From the NCBI GenBank assembly GCA_013203625.1, contig JABMPX010000005.1, forward strand, positions 2,305-66,304: a stretch of 64,000 nucleotides of DNA, given 5' to 3'. The notes under the pieces are model-generated. The model saw nothing but the letters and a program-made list of their open reading frames with translations, was not told where the DNA came from and did no database searches. Position 1 is the stretch's first letter; each line of letters opens with the position of its first letter. Shown here one piece after another: positions 37,605 to 46,161 of the stretch. The DNA comes from Parcubacteria group bacterium. GTDB lineage: Bacteria; Patescibacteriota; Minisyncoccia; Portnoybacterales; UBA2143. The position numbers were made by a program, and so were the translations under genes.

Positions 37605-37612
37605 ATTAACAA

Positions 37613-37641
37613 TTGATTGTTTTGGGGATTTTTGTTAAAAT
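37613..37641 (+). promoter_or_regulatory. putative aspS promoter TTGATT-N17-TAAAAT
   Basis: TTGATT 37613-37618, TAAAAT 37636-37641. Confidence 0.3.
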
Positions 37642-37650
37642 ATTGATAAT

Positions 37651-39066
37651 ATGAAACGAATTTTAAGCGCAAAAACAATTGAAAAATCGGGTGAAGAGGT
37701 TAAATTGAGCGGCTGGGTTCATAATCGACGGGATCATAGCAAGATTATTTTTATTGACTTGCGTGATAAAAGCGGATTAATTCAGCTTGTTTTTTTGCCT
37801 GCAAACAAAGAATGTTATGAATTAGCTAATTCTTTAAGAAACGAATGGGTGATTGAAGTGATTGGCCAGGTCAATAAACGGCCAAAAGGAATGATTAATG
37901 AAAAAATTCCCACTGGACAAGTAGAAATAGAAGTTAAAGAACTAAAAATATTAAATAAAGCTAAAACTCCGCCTTTTGAAATTAACGAAGAGCAAGATAA
38001 AGACAAAAAAGAAGTCAATGAAGAAGTTCGGTTAAAATACCGTTATTTAGATTTACGGCGCCAGAAAATGAGAAATAATTTAGTTATCCGGCATAAAGTC
38101 ATTAAACTAATCAGGGACTTTATGGATAAGAAGGGCTTTATTGAAATAGAAACGCCAATTTTAACTAAATCAACGCCAGAAGGAGCCAGGGATTTCTTAG
38201 TTCCAAGCCGTGTTCATCCAGGGAAATTCTATGCACTGCCGCAAGCTCCGCAGCAATTAAAACAATTATTAATGGTTGCTGGCATGGAAAAATATTTCCA
38301 AATTGCCCGTTGTTTTAGAGACGAAGATTTACGTGGAGACCGTCAGCCTGAATTTACCCAGTTAGATGTTGAAATGTCTTTTATTAAGCAAAAAAATATT
38401 TTAAATCTAATTGAAAAATTAATTATTAAAATTGTTAAAGAATTAGTTTCTTTTGACAAAAATTTATCTAAAAAACTTACTTTTAATCCATTTTTACGGC
38501 TTGATTATCAAGAAGCAATTAAAGAATATAATACTGATAAGCCGGATTTGCGAGAAAATAAAAAAGACCCCAATGAATTAGCTTTTGTTTGGGTCTTAAA
38601 TTGGCCGCTTTTTGAATGGAATAGCGATGAAAAAAGATATGATTCCTGCCATCATATTTTTACTGCGCCCAAAGAAAAAGATTTGCCTTTATTAGATAAA
38701 GAACCATTAAAAGTTCATTCATGGCAGCATGATTTAGTTCTTAATGGGAATGAAGTCGGCGGAGGAAGCATTAGAATCCATCAAGCAGATATTCAGGAAA
38801 AAATATTTAAACTGGTTGGCTTAAAAGATGAAGAGATAAAAGAAAAATTTGGCCACTTGCTTAGAGCATTTGAGTACGGAGCGCCTCCTCATGGAGGGAT
38901 TGCTTTAGGGCTTGACCGCTTTTTAATGACTCTTTTAAATGAAAAAAGCATTCGTGAAGTGATTGCTTTTCCTAAAACAGGCGATGCGCAGGATTTAATT
39001 ATGGAAGCGCCTAATAAAGTTAGTCCAGAACAATTAAAAGAATTGAGTATAAAAATTGATTCTTAA
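37651..39066 (+). CDS. aspS: aspartate--tRNA ligase, bacterial-type catalytic core lacking the GAD insertion domain
   Basis: N-terminal OB-fold; FRDEDLRGDRQPEFTQLDVEMSF (bacterial AspRS motif 2 region); CHHIFTAP; GLDRF motif 3. Only 471 aa. Confidence 0.8.
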   Translation: MKRILSAKTIEKSGEEVKLSGWVHNRRDHSKIIFIDLRDKSGLIQLVFLPANKECYELANSLRNEWVIEVIGQVNKRPKGMINEKIPTGQVEIEVKELKILNKAKTPPFEINEEQDKDKKEVNEEVRLKYRYLDLRRQKMRNNLVIRHKVIKLIRDFMDKKGFIEIETPILTKSTPEGARDFLVPSRVHPGKFYALPQAPQQLKQLLMVAGMEKYFQIARCFRDEDLRGDRQPEFTQLDVEMSFIKQKNILNLIEKLIIKIVKELVSFDKNLSKKLTFNPFLRLDYQEAIKEYNTDKPDLRENKKDPNELAFVWVLNWPLFEWNSDEKRYDSCHHIFTAPKEKDLPLLDKEPLKVHSWQHDLVLNGNEVGGGSIRIHQADIQEKIFKLVGLKDEEIKEKFGHLLRAFEYGAPPHGGIALGLDRFLMTLLNEKSIREVIAFPKTGDAQDLIMEAPNKVSPEQLKELSIKIDS

Positions 39067-39077
39067 GATTAATTACA

Positions 39078-40004
39078 ATGCTAACTAAATTTTTAATAAC
39101 CATTTCTGTTATTTTCAATCCTTTGTCTTTTGTTGTTGGACATTTGTCCAATTCTGAAACTCCTATTGATTTTTCAGAAATTTCAACTGGAAATTATGCG
39201 TCAATTCTAGCAATATCTTCTCATACCAATCCTAATTTTCTGCCTATTCGTAATTGGAATATAGCTGAACCAGAATTTGAAACAAAAGCAGCTTTAATTT
39301 TTGACAAAGAAAAGAATAAATTTCTTTATCAAAAGAATATTGATTATGTTCTACCGATTGCCAGCTTAACCAAATTAATGACTGCTTTGATTACTTTAGA
39401 AAACATTGATATTAATGAAATAGTTATTGTTTCTAAACAAGCGATTGCTGGTTATGGGGACATAGGGGATCTTGCAGTCAAAGAAGAAATTTCTGTTGGA
39501 AATTTACTTCATGCCTTATTAATGGAATCAAGTAATGATGCGGCAATTGCATTGGCAGAAGCGGTTCAGCAAAACCAAAATAAGAATTTTATTAATTTAA
39601 TGAATCAAAAAGCTCAAGAGCTGGGCTTAAAAAATACTTTTTATACTGATCCCAGCGGATATGAACCAACTAATGTTTCTACTGCCGAAGAAATTGTAAA
39701 ATTAATTGAATATAGCTTTAGCCAGCCATTTATTTGGCAAGTTTTAAAAACGCTAAATATTAGCTTGTCTTCAGCTGACGGGCAAATTCATCATTATTGG
39801 GTTAATACTGACAAACTGTTAAATCGCATGCCAGGCGTTCTTGGTGGTAAGACCGGTTATACTGAAGAAGCTCAAGGCTGTTTATTTTTAGTAATTGAAC
39901 AAACGAATTCAGAATATTTAATTAGTGTTGTTTTAGGAGCCCAAGAAAAATTTTTAGAAACAGAAAGATTAATTAATTGGGTTAAAAAAGCATACATATG
40001 GTAA
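39078..40004 (+). CDS. D-alanyl-D-alanine carboxypeptidase (peptidase S11, PBP5-like)
   Basis: ASLTK (SxxK), SSND (SxN), KTGYT (KTG). N-terminal signal/anchor. Confidence 0.75.
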   Translation: MLTKFLITISVIFNPLSFVVGHLSNSETPIDFSEISTGNYASILAISSHTNPNFLPIRNWNIAEPEFETKAALIFDKEKNKFLYQKNIDYVLPIASLTKLMTALITLENIDINEIVIVSKQAIAGYGDIGDLAVKEEISVGNLLHALLMESSNDAAIALAEAVQQNQNKNFINLMNQKAQELGLKNTFYTDPSGYEPTNVSTAEEIVKLIEYSFSQPFIWQVLKTLNISLSSADGQIHHYWVNTDKLLNRMPGVLGGKTGYTEEAQGCLFLVIEQTNSEYLISVVLGAQEKFLETERLINWVKKAYIW

Positions 40005-40008
40005 AATT

Positions 40009-41067
40009 ATGCCTGATATTTTTTACATTTCACGTATTTTAGGTTTAGGCGCAATATCTTTCATTATTGCTTTAGCATGGACACCGATTTTAATTTATTT
40101 TCTTGATAAATATCGATTAGGCAAGCAAATCCGGTCTGAAGGAGCGCCTATTTTTAATAAATTTCACAAGAAAAAACAAGGAACGCCAACCATGGGTGGT
40201 ATTTTAATATGGGGAACTGTTCTTTTTTTAACTTTGCTTTTTTGGTGGTTAGCTCAAATAGGCGAGGGGACTATTTTAGAAAAGTTAAATTTTTTAACTC
40301 GCAAAGAAACTCTTTTGCCTTTAGGCGCGTTAATTGCTTCTGCTTTGGTTGGTTTTGGAGATGATTTGCTTGGAATTTTTAAAAAAAGCTCTAAAAGAGG
40401 CGCTAAAGGAGGCGGTTTGAAAGTACGGCACCGTCTTTTGATTTATACATTTATTGCTGGCTTTGGCGCTTGGTGGTTCTTTTGGAAATTAGAATGGGAT
40501 TTAGTACATGTTCCTTTTGTTGGTGATTTTAATGTTGGCTGGTGGTATATCCTTATTTTTATTTTTATTTTAGTAGCTACAGCTCATTCAACTAATCTAA
40601 CCGATGGATTAGATGGATTAGTTGGAGGTGTTCTTTTAATTGCTTTTGCTGCTTATGGGACAATTGCTTTTTCACAGGGGAAAATGGACTTAGCAGTTTT
40701 TTGCGGAGTGATTATTGGGGCGCTTTTAGCTTTTCTTTGGTTTAATATATATCCAGCTCGTTTTTTTATGGGTGATACTGGAGCAATGTCTTTAGGAATT
40801 ACATTAGGAATTATTGCGATGCTAACCAATGCGTTTTTGCTTCTTCCTTTTATCGGATTTGTTTTAGTTATGGAATCATGTTCAGTTATTGTCCAGCTTT
40901 GTTCAAAGAAAATCCGAAAGAAAAAAGTTTTTCTATCCACCCCGATTCATCATCATTTTGAAGCCAAGGGCTGGCCAGAAACAAAAATAACAATGCGTTT
41001 TTGGATTATTAACGGAGTCATGGCAGTAATTGGATTGATAATAGTTTTTATAGAAAAGATTGTGTAA
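40009..41067 (+). CDS. mraY: phospho-N-acetylmuramoyl-pentapeptide transferase MraY
   Basis: NLTDGLDGL signature and 10 TMs. Confidence 0.9.
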   Translation: MPDIFYISRILGLGAISFIIALAWTPILIYFLDKYRLGKQIRSEGAPIFNKFHKKKQGTPTMGGILIWGTVLFLTLLFWWLAQIGEGTILEKLNFLTRKETLLPLGALIASALVGFGDDLLGIFKKSSKRGAKGGGLKVRHRLLIYTFIAGFGAWWFFWKLEWDLVHVPFVGDFNVGWWYILIFIFILVATAHSTNLTDGLDGLVGGVLLIAFAAYGTIAFSQGKMDLAVFCGVIIGALLAFLWFNIYPARFFMGDTGAMSLGITLGIIAMLTNAFLLLPFIGFVLVMESCSVIVQLCSKKIRKKKVFLSTPIHHHFEAKGWPETKITMRFWIINGVMAVIGLIIVFIEKIV

Positions 41068-41070
41068 TTT

Positions 41071-42483
41071 ATGAAAATTAAAGATTTTAAAAATAAAAAA
41101 GTAACTATTATTGGATTAGGATTGCATGGCGGAGGAGTTGGTTCAGCTAAGTTTTTTAGCATGGCTGGAGCTAATGTATTAGTAACTGATTTGAGAAATA
41201 AAGAGGAATTAGCTGAATCAATAGAAAAACTTAAAAAAGAGCGTATTAAATATGTTTTAGGTCAGCATCGTCCAGAAGATTTTATTAATACTGATTTAGT
41301 TATTAAAAATCCAGCTGTTTCAGATAAATCAAAATATTTAGAAATAGCCAGAGAAAACAAAGTGCCTATTGAAACAGATATCGGCATATTTTTTGAACTT
41401 TGCCCAGCGCCAATTATTGGAATTACAGGGAGCAGAGGCAAATCAACAGTTAGTACTTTAACTGCCAGATTTCTTAAAAAGAAATATTCAGAAGTGATTT
41501 TAGCTGGTAATATCCGTTCTTCAGTTTTAGGAAAATTAAACAAAATTGATAAAAAGAGCATAGTTGTCTTAGAGCTTTCAAGTTGGCAGTTAGCTGGATT
41601 AAAATCACATAAAAAAAGCCCTTATTGCGCTTTAATTACCAATATAATTCCTGATCATCTTAACAAATACAAAGATATGGATCATTATATTAGAGATAAA
41701 AAGAAAATATTTAGATGGCAGAAATCCAAGGATTATTTAATTCTTAACCATGATGATGAAAGAGTAAAAGATTTTAAAGAAGAAGCTAAAGCGCAAATAC
41801 TATATTACAGCCAAGAGAACAAAGAAGAATCTGATTTTCAAGGAAGCTTTATTAAACAAGAGAAAATATATTTTAATTTTGAAGAAGTATGTTCTTTAAA
41901 TGAAATTAAATTAAAGGGAAGACACAACATCAGCAATGTCTTAGCTGCCATAACAATAGCTAAATTATATAATGTTTCTAATAAATCAATACAAAAAACT
42001 TTAAATAAATTTAATGGAATAGAAGGACGATTAGAATTAATTGATATTGTTAATGGAGTTAAATATATTAATGATACAACAGCAACTATTCCAGAGGCCT
42101 GTTTAGCAGCTTTGGATTCATTTTCTAATAAAAACATTGTTCTTATTGCTGGCGGAGCTGATAAAAAATTGGATTTTACTGAATTAGCTAAAGTAGTTAT
42201 TAAAAGAATTAAAGCAATAATACTTCTTAAAGGAAGCGCTACAGATAAACTTAAACAAGAAATTGAAAAAGAAATGAAATTAAATAATCAACAATTAGAA
42301 ATAATAGGGCCCTTAGACAATATGGAACAGGCTGTTATAGAAGCCACTGAACAAGCTAAAAAATTTGAGGAAAGTATTGTTTTACTTTCACCAGCTTGCG
42401 CCAGTTTTGGTCTTTTTAGACACGAATTTGAAAGAGGAAAATATTTTAATGAAGCTGTTGCTTTATTAAAAAACAAGCATTAA
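41071..42483 (+). CDS. murD: UDP-N-acetylmuramoylalanine--D-glutamate ligase MurD
   Basis: N-terminal Rossmann KVTIIGLGLHGGG and P-loop GITGSRGKSTV. Confidence 0.8.
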   Translation: MKIKDFKNKKVTIIGLGLHGGGVGSAKFFSMAGANVLVTDLRNKEELAESIEKLKKERIKYVLGQHRPEDFINTDLVIKNPAVSDKSKYLEIARENKVPIETDIGIFFELCPAPIIGITGSRGKSTVSTLTARFLKKKYSEVILAGNIRSSVLGKLNKIDKKSIVVLELSSWQLAGLKSHKKSPYCALITNIIPDHLNKYKDMDHYIRDKKKIFRWQKSKDYLILNHDDERVKDFKEEAKAQILYYSQENKEESDFQGSFIKQEKIYFNFEEVCSLNEIKLKGRHNISNVLAAITIAKLYNVSNKSIQKTLNKFNGIEGRLELIDIVNGVKYINDTTATIPEACLAALDSFSNKNIVLIAGGADKKLDFTELAKVVIKRIKAIILLKGSATDKLKQEIEKEMKLNNQQLEIIGPLDNMEQAVIEATEQAKKFEESIVLLSPACASFGLFRHEFERGKYFNEAVALLKNKH

Positions 42484-42493
42484 AAAATTAATT

Positions 42494-43582
42494 ATGAAAG
42501 CTCGTCAGCCTGATTATATTCTTGTTTTTACTGTATTCGCCCTGATTATTTTTGGGTTATTTATTCTTTCCAGCGCTTCATTAGTTATTTCCAATGAAAA
42601 ATTTGGGCAAAGCAATTATTTTTTAAAACATCAACTATTTTACAGCTTGCCCTTAGGATTGATTTGTTTTTTTCTTTTTCAAAAAATTAATTATAGATAT
42701 TGGAAAAAAATTATATTTCCCTTATTAATCGCATCGTTGATTTTATTAGCATTAGTTTTTGTACCTGGGATAGGCAATGATACGGGAGCTAAAAGATGGA
42801 TTTATTTAGGATTCTCTGTGCAGCCATTTGAAATTGTTAAATTGACCTTCATTCTTTATCTGGCTGCTTTGTTAAGTAAAAGAGAAAATGGAGACAAAAC
42901 GATTAAAGAGAGTTTAGTTCCTTTTTTAGTCGTTACTGGCATTATTAGCATATTAGTTCTTTCTCAGCCTAATATGAGCGCTTTTATGATAACTTTTTTA
43001 ATTGCCGGCCTCATTTATTTTCTAGCTGGAGCAAGATTATCATATTTAGCAGCTATTGCTGGGTTGGCTTTAGTCAGTTTTTTTGCTTTAATAAAGATGG
43101 CTCCTTATAGAATGAAACGATTAACTGTTTTTCTTCATCCTGAAATTGATCCGCAAGGCATAGGATACCAAATTGACCAAGCGCTTTTAGCTATTGGGTC
43201 AGGCGGACTTTTTGGATTAGGTCTTGGACATAGTATTCAAAAATGGAAATATCTTCCTGAACCAATCGGCGATTCTATTTTTGCTATTATGGCAGAAGAA
43301 TTAGGATTCATTGGAGCTGGAGTATTAGTTATCCTTTTTGTTATTTTGGCTTGGCGCGGTTTTAAGATTGCCAAAAATTCTTCTGATAGATTCGGTTATC
43401 TTTTGGCTGGGGGAATTACTGGTTGGTTGTTTTTTCAAGCGTTTATTAATATAACAGCTATTTCTGGATTAATTCCTTTGACTGGCATACCTTTGCCTTT
43501 TATTAGTTACGGGGGGACAGCTTTAATTATTTCATTGGCTGGAGCAGGAATATTAGTTAATGTATCTAAATATACTAAATAA
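42494..43582 (+). CDS. ftsW: SEDS-family peptidoglycan polymerase FtsW
   Basis: 10-TM SEDS topology with conserved PEPIGDSIFAIMAEELGFIG region. Confidence 0.8.
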   Translation: MKARQPDYILVFTVFALIIFGLFILSSASLVISNEKFGQSNYFLKHQLFYSLPLGLICFFLFQKINYRYWKKIIFPLLIASLILLALVFVPGIGNDTGAKRWIYLGFSVQPFEIVKLTFILYLAALLSKRENGDKTIKESLVPFLVVTGIISILVLSQPNMSAFMITFLIAGLIYFLAGARLSYLAAIAGLALVSFFALIKMAPYRMKRLTVFLHPEIDPQGIGYQIDQALLAIGSGGLFGLGLGHSIQKWKYLPEPIGDSIFAIMAEELGFIGAGVLVILFVILAWRGFKIAKNSSDRFGYLLAGGITGWLFFQAFINITAISGLIPLTGIPLPFISYGGTALIISLAGAGILVNVSKYTK

Positions 43583-43649
43583 ATTTTTAATTTTTAATTT
43601 TTAATTTTATAAATAAATCTTAAATCTTAATTTTTAAAAATTAAATTCT
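43583..43649. repeat. AT-only simple tandem repeats
   Basis: (TAATTTT)x4 followed by (AATCTTAA)x2 in the ftsW-murG spacer. Confidence 0.4.
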
Positions 43650-44768
43650 ATGAGAATTTTATTTACTGGTGGTGGCACAGGTGGACATATTTTTCCTATT
43701 GTTGCCATAGCCAGACAATTGAAGTCTATTTGCCCAAGTCAAGAAATTGACTTAGATATGTTTTTTTTAGGATCTAACGGCTTTACTAAAGAACTTTTAG
43801 AAAAAGAGGGAGTTAAGGTTAAGACCATTTTAGCTGGTAAATTCCGACGCTATTTTTCTATCTATAACATTTTTGATTTGTTTAAAATTCCTATTGGGCT
43901 TTTGCAATCTTTTTGGCATCTTTATATTTTGATGCCAGATATTGTTTTTAGCAAAGGGGGATATGGCAGCGTTCCTGTTATTATGGTGGCTTGGCTTTAT
44001 AGAATCCCTATTTTAACTCATGAATCAGATGTTCTCCCTGGATTAGCAAATCGTTTAGCGTCTAAATTATCAAAGAAAATTGCTATTTCTTTTGCTCCTA
44101 CTGAAAAATATTTTTCTCAGAAGAAAACTACTTTAATAGGCAATCCAATTCGTTTGGAAGTTATTGAAATTTGCCTTTCATCTAATCAAGAGAATAGAGA
44201 AAAGGCAAGAAATATGTTTAAAATAATCAGCCAAAAGCCAGTTATTTTTATTCTTGGCGGGAGCCAAGGAGCTCAAAAAATAAATGAGTTGGTTTTAGAA
44301 AGCTTGCCAAAGCTTTTGGAAAAATACGAGATTATTCATCAATGCGGTGTCAAGAATTATGAAAATATTTTGAAGAAGATAAGTAAGTTGCCGGTTAATT
44401 ATCATGTTTTTCCTTTTTTGGATGAGGAACAAATGTCTTTAGTTTATTTCTTGTCTGATTTAGTTGTTTCCAGAGCTGGAGCTGGGAGTATTTCTGAAAT
44501 TGCAGCTTGCGCCAAACCAAGTATTTTAATTCCTTTGCCGAAATCGGCTTCAGGGCATCAAAGAGAAAACGCTTTCAATTATGCTAAGGCAGGCGCAACT
44601 ATTGTTTTAGAACAGTTTAATTTGACTACAAATCTATTCTTAAATGAAATTGATAAAATTTTAGATAATCCTGAATTAGTTCAAAAAATGTCTGATAATG
44701 CCAAAGAGTTTTCTCGTCCAGAAGCAGCTCAAAGAATCGCCAAGGAAATAATCGACATGGGGAAATAA
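43650..44768 (+). CDS. murG: UDP-GlcNAc:undecaprenyl-PP-MurNAc-pentapeptide GlcNAc transferase MurG
   Basis: MRILFTGGGTGGHIFPIVAIARQL N-terminus. Confidence 0.85.
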   Translation: MRILFTGGGTGGHIFPIVAIARQLKSICPSQEIDLDMFFLGSNGFTKELLEKEGVKVKTILAGKFRRYFSIYNIFDLFKIPIGLLQSFWHLYILMPDIVFSKGGYGSVPVIMVAWLYRIPILTHESDVLPGLANRLASKLSKKIAISFAPTEKYFSQKKTTLIGNPIRLEVIEICLSSNQENREKARNMFKIISQKPVIFILGGSQGAQKINELVLESLPKLLEKYEIIHQCGVKNYENILKKISKLPVNYHVFPFLDEEQMSLVYFLSDLVVSRAGAGSISEIAACAKPSILIPLPKSASGHQRENAFNYAKAGATIVLEQFNLTTNLFLNEIDKILDNPELVQKMSDNAKEFSRPEAAQRIAKEIIDMGK

Positions 44769-44772
44769 TATT

Positions 44773-46161
44773 ATGGCAGAAAAACAACAAATTAGAGTTA
44801 GATTTGCGCCTAGTCCAACCGGCTTATTCCATATTGGCACAGCCAGAACAGCGCTTTTCAATTATTTATTTGCTAAAAAGAATAAAGGCGAGTTTATTCT
44901 GCGCATAGAAGACACTGACTTGGAAAGGTCTGAAAAGAAATATGAAAAAGATATCATAGAGAATTTAGAATGGTTAGGATTAAAATGGGATGGGGAAATA
45001 TATTATCAAAGCAAACGCACAGAGATTTATGAAAAATATATTAAAAAACTTTTAGATTCAGGCCAGGCATTCTGGTGTGATCATACTAAAGAAGAATTAG
45101 AAAAAGAAAAAAAAGAACAAGTAGCTCTTAAACAAGCGCCGAAACATATTTGTAATCGCAGGAATAAAGCAAAACAAGGAATTATTAGATTCCATTGCCT
45201 GGATGAAAAAATTACCTTTAATGATTTAATCAAAGGAAAATTGGAATTTAATGGAGGATTGTTAGGGGACATAGGAATTGCAAAGAATGAGAAAACTCCT
45301 TTATATAATTTAAGCGTAGTGGTTGATGACGCTGAAATGAAAATTAGCCATGTGATTAGAGGAGAAGACCATATTTCTAATACTCCCAAACAGATTTTTC
45401 TTTATCAGGCCCTTGGTTTTGATTTACCTGAATTTGCTCATTTACCATTGATTTTAGGGTCAGACAAAAGCAAGTTGAGTAAGCGGCATGGGACTGTTTC
45501 GGTTAAAGAATACGGAAAACAAGGATACTTGCCAGAAGCTTTAATAAATTTTATGGTTTTTCTTGGATGGCATCCTGGCAATGAAGAAGAAATTTTTTCT
45601 TTGAAGGAGTTAGAACAAGAATTTTCATTAGAAAAAATAAATAAATCAAATGCGATTTTTAATATTGATAAGCTTAATTGGTATAATGGCCACTATATTA
45701 GAAAAATGGATTTAGATGAATTAACAAAGAAATGTTTGCCGTATTTAGAAAAAGAAACTGATTTTGAATACATTAAAAAAGTAGTTGCTTTAGAACAAGA
45801 ACGAATAAAAAAACTGTCTGAAATAGGGGAATTAACTAAATTCTTTTTTATTGATAAACTTAATTATGAGCCAGAATTGCTAATTTGGAAAAAAATGACT
45901 CTAAAAGAGGTTAAAAATAATTTAGAGATATTACAAGAGAAATTGTCAAAAACAGGAGATTTTAGCCAAAAATCACTTGCGCGAACATTGTCTGCTCTAA
46001 CTGAAAAACACGGCACTGGAGAGCTTTTATGGCCTCTGAGAGTGGCTTTATCAGGCCAAAAAGCCTCTCCTGGACCCTTTGAAATAATGGAAGTTTTAGG
46101 CAAAGAAAAGACCTTAAAAAGGATTAAAGAAGCGATTAATAATGAAATCAAAAATATATAA
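44773..46161 (+). CDS. gltX: glutamate--tRNA ligase
   Basis: RFAPSPTGLFHIGTARTALFN (HIGH) and KLSKR (KMSKS). Zn-type insert with C...C...C. Confidence 0.9.
   Translation: MAEKQQIRVRFAPSPTGLFHIGTARTALFNYLFAKKNKGEFILRIEDTDLERSEKKYEKDIIENLEWLGLKWDGEIYYQSKRTEIYEKYIKKLLDSGQAFWCDHTKEELEKEKKEQVALKQAPKHICNRRNKAKQGIIRFHCLDEKITFNDLIKGKLEFNGGLLGDIGIAKNEKTPLYNLSVVVDDAEMKISHVIRGEDHISNTPKQIFLYQALGFDLPEFAHLPLILGSDKSKLSKRHGTVSVKEYGKQGYLPEALINFMVFLGWHPGNEEEIFSLKELEQEFSLEKINKSNAIFNIDKLNWYNGHYIRKMDLDELTKKCLPYLEKETDFEYIKKVVALEQERIKKLSEIGELTKFFFIDKLNYEPELLIWKKMTLKEVKNNLEILQEKLSKTGDFSQKSLARTLSALTEKHGTGELLWPLRVALSGQKASPGPFEIMEVLGKEKTLKRIKEAINNEIKNI

Noticed and set aside
43583-43649. Possible CRISPR array or satellite
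   Set aside because: It is only (TAATTTT)x4 and (AATCTTAA)x2 simple AT repeats. There is no repeat-spacer periodicity and there are no cas genes.
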